A stretch of 64,000 bases of DNA, from positions 17,236,001 through 17,300,000 of the forward strand of contig NC_043006.1 of the NCBI RefSeq assembly GCF_006345805.1, written 5' to 3'. This document shows positions 25,729-39,814 of the stretch, one piece after another. The notes below the pieces were generated by a model. That model was not told the origin of the DNA, searched no databases, and worked only from the letters and a program-made list of their open reading frames with translations. Within the stretch, counting starts at the first letter, position 1. Each line of letters opens with the position of its first letter. This DNA comes from Octopus sinensis. Taxonomy: Eukaryota. The translations under genes and the position numbers were made by a program.

Positions 25729-26050
25729 CGGAGATGTACTCGCATAGCAAGTGATTTGATCTGAGATCGTGTGCTGGAACGAAAACAATTGCAGCGAGGA
25801 AGGTGTTTGTAAGCCATTTAAGAAACACACAAAAGCCGTTCGATTCACTTGTCAAAATATTTTCGTCGCTAAAATCCGCGACCTGTTCACTGACAAAAAT
25901 CCGTGTTGCAGCACAGATTTTTGCCAGTGAACAGGTCGCGGATTTTAGCGACGAAAATATTTGGACAAATTAAACTTAAATGTTGAAGTGAATCGAACGG
26001 CTTTTGTGTTTTTCTTAAATGGCTTACAAACATCTTCCACGCTGCAATTG
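25729..26050 (-). mobile_element. Family H-B hammerhead element: minus-strand copy (25729-25909) joined head-to-head to an inverted partial copy (25910-26050)
   Basis: Both arms match 12748-12955; minus arm retains intact GTGAACA/GTCGC-GCGAC/GAAA core (~25848-25897); inserted in (TA)n. Confidence 0.85.
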
Positions 26051-26081
<31 letters not shown>

Positions 26082-26729
26082 ACACATATATGTGTGTGTG
26101 TGTGTGTGGGTACACATATATATGTGTGTGTGTGTACACATATGTGTGTATGTGTACACACATATATGTGTGTGTATGTATATACGTATGTATGTGTATA
26201 TATACCCATGCCAGCATGGACAATGAATGTTAAATGATGATGGCAATGCTGATGATTGTAAGTGTGTATAAATGTATGTATGCCTGCATACAATAAACAA
26301 AAAGACAAAAATTCAATTTTCATGTTTCTCTTAACTCTCAATTCATTCATCCATCCATTCATTCATTCATTCATTCACTGGAAATAGTTCTAGTCTGGAA
26401 CATGCATAGAATTTTATTCTGTTTTCAGTAGCAAAGATTTTTAGCTTTGGGGGGAAATGGTACACATTTTGGCATGCTCTTTGTTAATATGCAGTAATAC
26501 GTACTCGTATCACTTTACTTGTTTCTTGGCTTCATTTGCATTTGTCCTTTTAGACATGTGTATCAGTATCTCTTTGTATTTTTGTCTCAATGTAAGTTAA
26601 TGTGCATGTATGCATGCACAGTAATTGTGTTACCTATGAGTCCAGATGAGATGATCAAACTTTTTTTTTTTACCTTTTATCTTTTGCTTGTTTCAATCAT
26701 TTGACTGTGTTATGCTGCGACACCACCTT

Positions 26730-27195
26730 ATTTCTTTATTGCTCACAAGGGGCTACACACAGAGAGAACAAACGGATTAAGTCGATTATATCGACCCCAG
26801 TGAGTAAGTGGTACTTATTTAATTAAAGGCGGCGAGCTGGCAGAAACGTTAGCACGCCGGGCGAAATGCTTAGCAGTATTTCGTCTGCGTTACGTTGTGA
26901 GTTCAAATTCCGCCGAGGTCGACTTTGCCTTTCATCCTTTCGGGGTCAATAAATTAAGTACCAGTTACGCACTGGGGTCGATCTAATCGACTTAATACCT
27001 ATGTCTGTCCTTGTTTGTCCCCTCTGTGTTTAGCCCCCTGTGGGCAATAAAGAAATAGGTACTTATTTAATCGACCCCGAAAGGATGAAAGGTAAAGTCG
27101 ACCTTGGTGGAATTTGAACTCAGAATGTAGCGGCAGACAAAATACCGCTAAGCATTTCACCCGGCATGCTAACGTTTCTGCCAGTTCCCAGTTCA
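26730..27195. mobile_element. Plus-strand S2 SINE (26826-27060) nested inside a minus-strand S2 SINE
   Basis: Duplicated ggtacttatttaat at ~26811 and ~27058 flanks the inner copy. Confidence 0.85.
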
Positions 27196-28837
27196 CTGGG
27201 ACACCATCTTAAAGGGCTCAGTGGAACAAATTGACCCCAGTACTTATTTTTCTGAGTCTGTTACTTATTCTGTTATTTTTGCTTCGTCAAACATTTAACT
27301 TGAAGGACCGTAAACAAGCCTGTATTGGTTGTCAAAGTGAAGGTCAGTGGATAACCCCACTGACCTTCCTATTCTCCCCCCCCCCTCTAATACAGTCAGC
27401 TCTCCACATTTGATCATTCCATTGTTGAACTTCTCTGTATTAAAATCTGAAATGTTAGATCTTTTCTACTCTGATGAAGGAGACTCATTTCATCCTAAGT
27501 TAAATGCATCAATATGGCTGCATTTTGTGATGAACTAAACTACTACCATTATTATGGATCGCTGAGCCTCCAGAAACAGATGTTGGTCTTATAACACCTT
27601 TCTTCCAATCCTTCAGTTTTCTCTGTCCTTTTGTACTCTGTGTAAGTTGGACCTATTAATATAAATATCTATATATTTATACTTAAAAATTCATCATTTG
27701 AAAATCTCCACCATTTGCTTTCTTCCCTTTTGCATGCATACATATATATATATTTTGTATTTCATACCCAAACTATTATATTTAATATATTTTATATGCT
27801 TAATGTGTCTAATTGATTTATCCACATAATTGACTCTATACCCACTCAACTTGATCCCTCTTATAGCCTTTCTTTATCTTGTGGAATCAACCCCTTGTAA
27901 ACGCATCGGAGTCTGAGGCTGAATCTTTTGAGCACTACTAAATGTCATCTATATGGAGAATCTCTGGGTCACGTCTATGGACTATATATAAAGGTGCATG
28001 CATGGCTGTGTGGTAAGATATTTGCTTCTCAACCACATGGTTCTGGGTTCAGTCCTACTACATGACACCTTGGAGAAGCGTTTTCCACAATAGCCCCAGG
28101 TTGACCAAAACCTGGATTTGGTAGATGGAGACTGAAAGAAGTCCATCATGCGTGTGTGTGTATGTACACACATTTACACATATATATGTGTTGTGTATGT
28201 ATATATATATATGTATATATATTACTTTTTTTCCGAATTTGTGTGAATGTGTATAGAATGACATATTAGTTGAATAAAGTTAAAACATGGTTTGGTTTTC
28301 ATGTTTTTTATTATGGTATTTTAACATTGAACAAGTATTTCGTAATGTTCATAAAGTTCAATAGGTTATATGGCATTAAGTAGAAACATTGAGTGGAGAA
28401 AATGCTATCAATGACAGCTAAATCAAAGTCCTTGTAATGCAGGCATCATTGTTCTGTTGTATCATCTCGTACATCAGTTTTTTAATTTCTGTTCCTTCCT
28501 CAGATAACACACTCTGTCCACCATGAGAGACATAAGTAGGTCAGTAGAAGTTGATAACTTTGAAGTGCAATCCCGGGCAATCTCAAAAGTTCATCTCCTG
28601 GCACATGTACATGGCAACTTTGTGTCCACGTTGCACTAGCTCTTGGCCCAATGCATTCATATACTTACACAGTGACTATACTCTAGTGATGGTATAAACA
28701 GAATCTTTGCTGCTTGCTGATTCTCCACCAAATAAGACAGGATGATAAAAGCTTGTAGAGCCCACAGTATTACGTGTGTTGTCTGAACCATGTTCAAAAA
28801 TGTGTTTTTAAGACCATGTTCTAACTTTACTCAACTG

Positions 28838-28870
<33 letters not shown>

Positions 28871-28934
28871 CACCACCCGTCTTCATCTTTTGTTTGTTTT
28901 GTGAATTCTCCCTATATATATATGTATATATCCA

Positions 28935-29813
28935 CAGGACGTAAATAAACTATCGTCTAAATTATGCAAAAGGGAAAATAACACTGACATCTCGTTTTAA
29001 CAGATATATTTGCCAAAATTACATAAAAAATATTTTGAAATATTAAAGAGTAAATTTATTCAATAAAATCACCATTGGCTTCAATCATGGCCTCCAGACG
29101 ACTTTGGAATCTCCTGCAACTGTTCTGGACTGTTTCCTTGTGAATGCTACCATAATCCTTGCCTTCAGTTCATCTTTGGTGTTACAAGGAGTTTTGCTAG
29201 CCTCTCACTCAACTGCACCCCACACATAATAATCAAGGGGGTTGCAATCTGGGGAGTTAGGTGGTCAGATGTTAGGGATCATGTTGTCACAGAAATTGTC
29301 TGATAGCTATGACTGGGGTTCTCCTGCTTGTGTGGCATGGTGCAGAGTCCTGTTGGTAGACATAGGGTCTTCCAGCAGCCACCCTCTTGACCCTTAGTAA
29401 CACTTCCACCTCGAGGCACTTGATGTAGGTTTCTGTGGTGGGTGTGAAGCTGTGTGGGAAGTTGGATGGAGGCATAACATCGTCGTTACTAGTGATCACT
29501 CCAGATACCATGATGTTGACTGGATGCTTGATTTTTACCACTCCCGGTACATGTCCTCAGATTGCACTGTTTTCAGATTGACACCCCAAAACTCTGAAAT
29601 ATTCATATTGGAGCTTCTGGCGCAAATACCAAGCAGTACAGCATGTCTTTTCCAAATTTCTGGCAAAGGTGAATTGCATCATGGGGCTGTTTTTCTCACA
29701 GATGGTTCCCAACTGACCCTACTTCACTGTGTAGTCAACAAAATCAAACAGAAACAATGTGCATGCATGAAATTAAAAATATAAAATGGCAACAATTTAT
29801 CCATTACAACCTG
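28935..29813 (-). mobile_element. Internally deleted maT (DD37D) Tc1/mariner element
   Basis: QQDSAPCHTS and WPPNSPDCNPLDYYVW (latter clearest in the duplicate at 34415-34612), 37 residues between 2nd and 3rd Asp; imperfect TIRs cagg...cctg. Confidence 0.8.
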
Positions 29814-29833
29814 TGTATATCTATATCTCTACG

Positions 29834-29880
<47 letters not shown>

Positions 29881-30687
29881 TGTCACCTTGTCTTGACATC
29901 ACATGGTAGTTGCTGTCATACAAGCTGTGTCATTCAATTCCAATTGTCAGCCAGGATCTTGGCTGACAATGGGGGAAATACTACCTTCCTTGGGAAGAAG
30001 TGCCAGTTGGCACCAAGATGGGCATCAAGCTGCAGGAAATCTGCCTCCATGCAACCCATGCAAGCATAGGAAACTAAATGTTAAAATAATAATAATGATG
30101 ATGACGACAGCAATCGTCTTTTAATGTCCGCTTTCCATGCTAGCATGGGTTGGACGATTTGACTGAGGTCTGGCGAACCAGTTGGCTGCACCAGGCTCCA
30201 GTCTGATCTGGCAGAGTTTCTACAGCTGGATGCCCTTCCTAATGCCAACCTCTCCGAGAGTGTAGTGGGTGCTTTTTACGTGCCACCAGCATGATGATGA
30301 TGATGATATATGTATTTCTATATTTTATAAACAAATGACTTTGTTTTATTATATGTAGATATGTAGGTATATACTATTTGAAGATACAATACAAAATTTT
30401 ATTTAAAAATGACTTTGTGCTTTGTGAAATTTCTGTCTTTTATTTTCTTGGTAAAACTCATGTTACAGGAACTACAGTTATATGTTTTAATAAAGGAAGG
30501 TTTGGTAATTCTGGTTATCTCTTCTTTTGTCTACTAGATGTTGATGAAAGTGTCATCAAGAACTTGACGACACATTGTAGTAAATGTAAATTATGAAGTA
30601 AAGAAGATATTTGTACTTAATAAATTTTTTTCAGGTTTTACTAATCCTGTGCATTTCAGATGAGCTAGTTTGTTGTACACACACACA

Positions 30688-30746
<59 letters not shown>

Positions 30747-31104
30747 ACACACACACACACACACGCACACATATATCTATCTATGTGTGTATGTGTTAAT
30801 ACACACACACACACTCACACATCCAGCTGTAGAAACCTTGCCAGATCAGATTGGAGCCTGGTGCAGCCTTCTAGCTTGCCAGTCCTCAGTCAAACCGTCC
30901 AACCCATGCTAGCATGGAAAACGGACGTTAAATGATGACGACGACGACGATGATGATGATGATATACATGCATGTATATATAGCCATTACAGTAGAACAT
31001 TGTCTTCAAGTCATTATGAAAAAGATATGTAAGGCTATGCTATCGTAATACAACAGTATTACAAAAGCCTTAGAATGTCTTGAGTAATCTAGTAAAGTAT
31101 ACAG

Positions 31105-31136
<32 letters not shown>

Positions 31137-31810
31137 GTGTGTGTGTGTGTGTGTATAGGGGGGTAAATGTGGCTCTGTAGTCAAGAAGTTTTGTTCATGA
31201 CCACCTGATTTCTGGCTCGGTTCCACTGTTCAGCAACTTGGTTAAGTGCCATCTACAATGGTATCAGCCAAACCAAAACTTGTGAGGGAATTGATACATG
31301 GAAAGTGCAGGACGTTCATCCTATATCATCCACATTATTAAATATTAATTCTGCCATGGGTCGGAGGGAACTTACTGATGAAAATTTTCTATGGCCACTT
31401 ACCCCAGATGCCCTGCCTGTTGCCATACCTCATTTGTTTCCAAAGAAGGTAATATTTTGCGATGGTCAGATATAAATTTCCACAGAAGACTGGAAAGAAA
31501 CAGCATTGCCTATATGATAATGATACTTGTTTACAATCCTCACATCATGTTAAGACAAGGGTACACACAAACACACCCACCCATGCATACACACTCATAT
31601 GTATGAGTGAACACACACATGTATACATGTATACATGTATATATACACATATACACACACATACCTATGTATATCATCATCATCATCATCGTTTAACATC
31701 CATTTTCCATGCTGGCATGGGCTGGCCGGTTTGACCGGGGACTGATGCAGCCTTCTGTGTGTGCGTGTGTATAATGTATATTTATGTATATGTGTATAGA
31801 TATGTATATA

Positions 31811-31841
<31 letters not shown>

Positions 31842-33992
31842 GTCCAACCCGTGCTAGCGCGGAAAACGGAAGTTAAACAATGATGATGTATGTATATAGA
31901 TCTATGTACGTATATATGATTATGTGTTTATATATTTATATGCATGTATATATGTATATACATATATCACCTGATCAACCAGACTATCAGATGTTGCTAC
32001 ACATCGCTAGTCACAATGTGCTTCATATTGTTTTAGCCTTCAAAGGACACTACCGCGCTGGCTAAGCGAGCAGGCCAATATACATATATATGTATCATGT
32101 ATGTACATGTATGTATATAGATCTGTGTATATATATGCTTTTATATGTGTATACATATGTGTATGTGTGTATTTGTCTATGTGTATATATAAATATATAT
32201 ATATACATACACACACACACAAATATATATACATACATACACAATATATATGTTTGCATGTATATGTATGTGCGTGCATGAGTGAATTCTTATTTTTCCT
32301 TGTTTTCACGTGGATGTGCACTGATTGTAAACAAGACTTCATTCATGCGGACAATGACAGTTCACTGCTAAAACCTGTCTCAGTTCCACGACATGTTTTG
32401 ACATGTTGTGCCCTGATTGTAAAAAGACAAAAAATGACGTAAAAAAACACCTCACTGTTCACTCAAATGGTTTTGTTCATATGCAGTTCTTTGCAAAAGC
32501 ATGTCCGGGCTGTTTGTTATTCAATAGACTGATGTGTTACATTGCTTTTCTTGGAAACAATGTGGAAGTTGACTTTGGGAAGAGCATCTCTCCTTTGAAA
32601 ACTCTGCTCCATGCAATCATGGAAAATTGGGAGCTAATGTGATGATGATGATGATGACGGCAACGTTGGTGGCAATGACGATGACAATGACGACGATTGT
32701 GTGTGTGAATGTATGCTTGTGTTTGGATCTGCATAGGGTGGAAACTGGAGCATTCAAACACAAATACCTTGTGCTGTTTACACCTGACTGTATTATTTCC
32801 CTTTGTGTCAATGTGTTGTAGGGAATTAGTAATAATGGTACACTCCACCCATGTGATGAAAGGAATAACCTAGTAAAGGAATAACCTAAGTAAAGCAGAA
32901 TGACCTAAGTAAAGAGAAGTACATGAAGTACCAGAATGCATAGTAGGTGGTCAGAGATAGCCATGTCTTTACTGGTTTTACTAAGTATACTGTATACCAA
33001 AGTGGGTGTTATAATAATCCAACATTATAAGGATATAACAGTGGTGATAAGAATAAACCAGTTTATGTGGAGTGAATAGAAACATGAAGAGGAGTTAATA
33101 AACTCACAAAATTTTGTTGTGTGAATTTTACAAAATATATCGTAAAATTTTGGAAAATTTGTCAGCCGGTTTGCTCGAGCTGCAAAAACAGCAGCAGCAA
33201 CTACAACTGCAAGAAGAACAACTGAAGTAACAACAACACCACCAACAACAAATGAAAGAACAACAGCAGCAGATACAACTGTAAGAGGAACAACAGAGGC
33301 AACAACAATAACAACAAATAATATTACAACAACAAATGCTGCAATTACTGAAATCATCAGGAAAGTCAGAAAAAGTGTTCTCGGCAGACAATAAAATGAA
33401 CTCCATTACAGAGTTCAAGGAATTGCTTTCGAAGCATGATACGGAAGATATGAGCAAATCTTCAAGAAAGAATGTAAAGATTGGGATGATGAGATGGAAA
33501 CTCGCTTTATCTTGAGAAAACTGGCAGCAACAGGACATGAACCATACAGTAATTATGTACTCTCAGGAAAACCTTTGGACATAAACTTTAATGACACAAT
33601 AGAGATATTGTGTAAAATTTCCAGTGAAAAAAGTTCATTGTTCAGCGCATGATGGAAATGTTTGAACAGAGTGAAAAGCAACAATGAGGACTACATCACT
33701 TATGCTGATAAAGTTAACAGGGAATGTGAGACGTTTAAGATGGACGAATTAAATCGACCTATGTTCAGATGCCTGATTTTTACATAGAGACTAACTGCTG
33801 AAAAATATGCAAAAGTTAGAACTAGAATTCTTGCAAAGCTGGAACAAAACCAGGATGTAACCCTACAGCAAGTGTTAGAATAATGTGAAAGGATAGTTAA
33901 ATCAAGACACGATACAGAGGAGATTGAATGTAAAGGTTATTTCCAAGTAAAATAAGTGCGAAATAGTCAGAATAAAGATAAAGTTTCTCAAT

Positions 33993-34083
33993 TGTGTTTT
34001 TAAGACCATGTTCTAACTTTATTCAACTGATATATATATATATACACCACCTGTCTTCATCTTTTGTTCGTTTTGTGAATTCT

Positions 34084-34124
<41 letters not shown>

Positions 34125-34615
34125 TATATATGTATATATCCACAGGACGTAAATAAACTATCGTCTAAATTATGCAAAAATGAAAATAACACTGACATCT
34201 CATTTTAACAGATATATTTACCAAAATTACATAAAAAATATCTTGAAATACTAATGAGTAAATTTATTCAATAAAATCCCCATTGGCTTCAACCATGGCC
34301 TCCAGACAACTTCAGAATCTCCTGCAACTCTTCTGGACTGTTTCCTTGTTTAAATGCTGCCATAATCCTCGCTTTCAGTTCATTTTTGGTGTTGCAAGGA
34401 GTTTTGTTGGTCTCTTACTTAACTGCAACCCACACATAATAATCTAGGGGGTTGCAGTCTGGGGAGTTAGGTGGCCAGATGTTAGGGGTGATGTAGTTGC
34501 AGAAATTGTCTGACAGCCATGACTGGGTTCTCCTGTTTGTGTGGCATGGTGCAGGGTCCCATTGCCAGCAGCCACCCTGTTGACCCAGAGTAATGCTTCC
34601 ACCTCCAGGCACTTT
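33993..34615 (+). repeat. Local duplicate of 28801-29420 inserted into gypsy gag
   Basis: tgtgtttttaagaccatgttctaacttta...(TA)n...cacaggacgtaaataaactatcgtc...cacctc collinear in both places. Confidence 0.88.
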
Positions 34616-35318
34616 TCTAAAAAAATGCTACAAAAATCAGGAAATAAACTCGTTTTGAATGTGGATCTATACACCTGAAGAAAAATTGTCCATTTAAGAA
34701 AGCAGAGTGTTTTCATTGTGGAAATATAGGACATATAAAAATTGAATGAAGATGACAAAACATCAGAACAAAGGAAAAAGAATAAATAGTATGTCATCGG
34801 AAGAAATTGGTAATATAATGATGAGGAAATTCATGAAGGTGAAAATTAAAAATACAAGTATTAAAATGCAGTTAGACACTGGTATTAATATCACCATTAT
34901 AGACAAAAATATACTTGGAAATATGTTGGTAAGCCAAAATTAATTAAATCTAAAAAGGTAGCACATGGTGTTACAGGAAAACGATAATATTTTTCAGTGA
35001 ATTCATATGGTTGTAACATTTCAAGGTCAAACAAAAAAGGTGAAGATACGTGTGTTAAAAAGTTCAATTAATCTGTTTGGTACAGAGTGGATGGAACTAT
35101 TCAAATTGTGGGATATGCCCATAAGTGTTTTGTGTGGAAATATTGGTTCAGTCGAAGGTTCAAATGCGGCTGAGGGACTAGAACATAAAATTGCTGTAAA
35201 ACAGAGTGGAAGAGCGGTATGTAAGCTAAAATGAAATGAAAAAATTGCCGATGAAAAAAGTAAACATTGTTCAAAAGTAGATGTTCTGTGGTCAAGGCTA
35301 CACCTTGATGTTGCTGAT

Positions 35319-35711
35319 TTGTTTGTTTGTTTGTTGAGCGAAGCAGTCTTCATCCCAGAGCTCGCAAGATCGCGCCTCTGTAGTGGGAGAAGTCCGAAAC
35401 GTGGTCCTTTGCTATTCGTAAGACCCGCAGAAGAGAAAACAGGTCAACCCCCAACACCGAGAGCATCGATGGATGGATGAATGTGCATCCAGGCTCAACA
35501 GTTGCGTAGGAAGTCAGGGACAAGAAACAGGAAGTGAGAGAAAGTTGGAGTGAAAGAGTACAACAGGGGTCGCCACCACCCCCTGCCGGAGCCTCGTGGA
35601 GTTTTAGGTGTTTACACTTAATAAACACACACAACACCTGGTCTGGGAATCGAAACTGCGATCCTTCGACTGCGAGTCCGCTGCCCTAACCATTAGGCCA
35701 TTGCACCTCCA
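35319..35711 (-). mobile_element. S3-headed SINE with an alternative 3' tail ending (AAAC)n
   Basis: 13 bp TSD tgatgttgctgat (35306-35318, 35713-35725); first ~200 nt match S3, remainder unrelated. Confidence 0.85.
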
Positions 35712-35759
35712 CTGATGTTGCTGATCCTTTACATGGTTCTTACTACTTAGTGGTAGTTG

Positions 35760-36155
35760 ATAGTTTCTCGAAATGACCACTTTCTCGAAGTGTAAAAAAC
35801 CAACCTCCTCGATTGTGATAAAGTTTTTTTGCATGAATTGTTTGCAAGATTTGGCATCCCAGACAAGGTAGTGTCTGACAATGGAACACAATTTGTGTCT
35901 AGCAGATTAAAACAAAATTGTGAAATGTTTGTGGTAGAACATATAACTATGGCACCATACCATCCCAGATCTAATGGACAGGCAGAATGCTTTGTTGATA
36001 CCTTCAAAAGAACCCTTAGAAAATTAAATAAGGAGGTAGCTCTACAACTATTTTTAAGAGTGTACCATGTAACACCAAATCTGAATACACCAGCAGGTAG
36101 CACACCTGTGGAGCTGCTGTTTGTGAGGAAAGTAAAATCAGTTTTTGATGAATAG
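35760..36155 (+). pseudogene. Gypsy integrase core remnant
   Basis: VVVDSFSK, SDNGTQF and SNGQAE motifs with stops and frameshifts. Confidence 0.88.
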
Positions 36156-36695
36156 CTACCTGGCAAGAGAAGAAAAAGTGCCAGGGAAGACATAAGAAGA
36201 TTCTTTTAAGTTGATGAAAAGGTGTATATGAGGGCATACAAGAATGGAAAGCAAAGTTGGGATGACGGTGTAATTACCAAATGCATTGGTAAAATGATGT
36301 ATTGGGTAGAAAGTAGAAATGGCACACAAAAGAGATACAGGAACCAACTGAAAAAGAGATTTATGGAAAGCAAACCAGAGAAGTTGGAGGAACCAATGAT
36401 ACCAACATCACTGCAAGTGATTGAACCCAGGTGTACAAGTGAAAGGAAAAGTAAACATACAGAGTTCCTGAAAATAGATGCCATTTGAAAAAAAATATTA
36501 AATTGTATGAAAAAAAACAACCTCAAAAAAGGGAAGTGGGGGGGGGTGAATAAAAAAAAATTATTGCTAAATAAAATGACACTTCCTATGAAAAACTCAA
36601 AAGAGGAGGTGTTGTAGGGAATTAGTAATAATGGTATGGCCCTCCTACATGACAAAAGGGGTAACCTAATCACTATAAGTAAAGAGAAGTACATA

Positions 36696-36866
36696 GGCGC
36701 AGGAGTGGCTGTGTGGTAAGTAGCTTGCTAACCAACCACATGGTTCCGGGTTCAGTCCCACTGCGTGGCATCTTGGGCAAGTGTCTTCTACTATAGCCTC
36801 AGGCCAACCAAAGCCTTGTGAGTGGATTTGGTAGACGGAAACTGAAAGAAGCCTGTCGTATATATG

Positions 36867-36897
<31 letters not shown>

Positions 36898-37107
36898 TTG
36901 TGTGTCTGTGTTTGTCCCCCTAGCATTGCTTGACAACCAATGCTGGCGTGTTTACGTCCCCGTCACTTAGCGGTTCGGCAAAAGAGACCGATAGAATAAG
37001 TACTGGGCTTACAAAGAATAAGTCCCGGGGTCGATTTGCTCGACTAAAGGCGGTGCTCCAGCATGTCCGCAGTCAACTGACTGAAACAAGTAAAAAGAGT
37101 AAAGAGA
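36696..37107 (+). mobile_element. SINE family S1 inserted at the gypsy 3' LTR
   Basis: Full-length S1 flanked by a ~190 bp direct duplication. Confidence 0.88.
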
Positions 37108-37606
37108 GTATGATAAAACAACCTCAAAAAAGGGAGGTGGGGGTGAATAATAAAAAAAAAAATTATTGCTAAATAAAATGACACTTCTTATGAAAAACTC
37201 AAAAGGGGATGTGTTGTAGGGAATTAGTAATAATGGTATGGCCCTCCTACATGACAAAAGGGGTAACCTAATCACTATAAGTAAAGAGAAAGTACATGAT
37301 GTACTGAAGTATGTAGTAAGCGGTCAGAGATAGTTATGTCTTCACTAGTTTTACTAAGTCTACTGTATACCAAAGTGGGCGTTGTAATAATCCAACATTT
37401 TAATGATTATAACACAATGTTCAATGTTATTTCCTTTCATATCCATTCATTCGTATTGTATATTACAAAACAGTGATTTTCGTAAATGCCGTATTTAAAA
37501 CATATTTCACATTTTCTCTTTTATATTTTAACCTATTAATCAGCATTTTTCCTACATTATTTTCCTCATATCCTGTTTCTTTCTTCTTTTTTTTTTTGTT
37601 CCTCTA

Positions 37607-37897
37607 TTATTTACCTAAGCAAATATTCAACCTGTTCAGTAGACCTCTCTGCCTACCACGCTCTACTCTAATCTTTAAACCACAAAAATTTGTAGCATTT
37701 ACCTGTTTATTGTATATTCGAAAATTCGATATGTATGTCTTAAATAGAAGGTAAAAGAAAAATAATGATTTCTCATATTTCACATTTTTTCTTTTTTTCT
37801 TTAGTAAAACATCCAAACTTAACTCTTTAGCAATTAAACTGGCCAAATATTTTACCTCTTCTGTGTCCAATCCTGTAAAATATAACCTCTCACACAT
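37607..37897 (-). pseudogene. Possible L1/Tx1-type LINE ORF2 C-terminal remnant
   Basis: 96 aa non-microsatellite ORF; FYLLFKTYISNFRI...NF..LKIRVE resembles LINE C-terminal pattern; weak. Confidence 0.3.
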
Positions 37898-39814
37898 TCT
37901 CTACACAGTTATTCTAAAAATAAACAATCACAGATGTAGGTGTCGCTGTGTGGTAAAAAGCTTGCTTCTCAACCACATGCTTCTGGGTTCAATCCCACTG
38001 TGTGGCACCTTGGACAAGTGTTTTCTTCTATAGCCTTGGGCCAACCAAAGCCTTGTGAGTGGACTTGGTAGATGGAAACTGAAAGAAGCCTGTTGTATGT
38101 TTGTTTGTGTGTGTGTGTCTGGCTGTCTGTTCCCCCTTCCCCGACCACCACCTGATAACCAGTGTTGGTGTGTTTGTAACTTAAAGGTTCAGCAAAAAAG
38201 GCAAATAAAATAAATACCAGGCTTAAAAAAAAAGTACTGGGTTCAATTTGTTCAACTAGCACCCTTCCATGCAGTACCCCAGCATGGCCACAGCTTGATG
38301 AAAAGTCAAAAAAAGGAAAATAATGATCGAAATCTTGAAGCTACAAGATAATGCATAATAAATTCAAAACAATGAATAAATAATTCTTTTATTCTTTTAC
38401 TTGTTTCAGTCATTTGACTGTGGCTATGCTGGAGCACCTCCTTTAGTTGAAAAAGTCAATCCCAGGACTTATTCTTTGTAAGCTTAGTAATTATTCTATT
38501 GGTCTCTTTTGCTGAACTGCTAAGTTACAGGAACATAAACACACCAACATCGGTGGTGGGGGTTACAAACAGGTATACAAACTATTACATATATATATGT
38601 ATATATGATGGGCTTCTTTCAGTTTCCATCTACCAAATCCACTCACAAGGCTTTGATTGGCTTGTGGCTATAGTAGAAGACACTTGGCATGTTGCCATGT
38701 AGTGGGACTGAACCCAGAACCGTGTGGTTGGGAAGCAAGCTTCTTACCACACAGCCAACTTTTGACAGAATGATTTGAATGCTAAAATGTTAAAGCAATC
38801 TTTGTGAAGCAATATTTTGCTGAAACTAAGAGGTTTTATCATCAGTTGTCATGAATCTTTTCCACAAACAGTAAACCTGCTCCTGCTGCCCCCATCATAG
38901 TTTATCTTGTCAACACCCGAAATATTCTACCTGTTTTAAATTCAAATGGACAGGCTCCAACATTTCACACATACCCTACAATGTCCTTCTTAAATCTAAA
39001 CAATCACTTCATCGAAATCTCAAAGCTATGAGATAATGCAGGATTAATTCAAAGCAATGCGAATAATTAAGAATTACATTTGATGGAGTAATCTAAGTGC
39101 TAAGAGGTTAAAGCATCATCCTATCCCCTATTCCCCCTCCCACCTCTGTCAAGAAGGGCTCTTCAGTCTTGCAAGTTGCAAGGGGACCTTAATAGTGCTC
39201 ATGCCACGAGCAGAGCACCAAGTACACTTTGTAAGGTAGTTGGCGATAGGAAGGGCATCCAAATGAAGAAACCATGTCAGAACTGACACTAGAGAGTAAG
39301 ATATGGTCTTCTGGCCACTGGATCCGGTAAAAACATCCAATCCATGCTAACATGTACGTGTGTGTGTGTGTACGTGTGTGCCTTTGTGTTTGTATTTGTT
39401 CCCCTAATGCTTGACAGCTGGTATTGATTTATTTATGTGTCCATAACTTAGAGGTTCAACCAAAGAAACTGATGGAATTAGTATCAAATTAAAATATGTA
39501 CTGAGACCAATTTGCTTGGCAACTCCTTCAAGGTGGTGCTTCAGTACAGTCACAGTACAATGATTGAAACAAGAAAAACAATTTAAAAAATGGTTATCAT
39601 TATAAACAGAGCATAAAGGAAACATAAGAGAAAAGGAACACTTAGTAACAAAAGATGCTCTATATATTTGCATACATACGTGTGTGTGTGGTGTGTGTCT
39701 GTGTGTGTCCATGCACGTACGTACGTATGTATGCATGCTTGTATGTATGTCTTTATATACGTATATATGTATGTTTGTTTGTATGTATGTATGTATGTAT
39801 GTACACACATGTGG

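Larger units (their letters stand above)
32814..37414 (+). mobile_element. Decayed Ty3/gypsy LTR retrotransposon (RT/RNase H deleted) with nested insertions
   Basis: LTRs TG...CA at 32814-33040 and 37212-37414; 5 bp TSD caatg; PBS-like gtggtga; purine tract; Gln-rich gag; protease MQLDTG; integrase FGIPDKVVSDNGTQF...APYHPRSNGQAE. Confidence 0.93.

Noticed and set aside
33145-33345. Poly-Q host protein, or hydrophobic minus-strand ORF
   Set aside because: Sits right after the gypsy LTR/PBS and is the gag N-terminus
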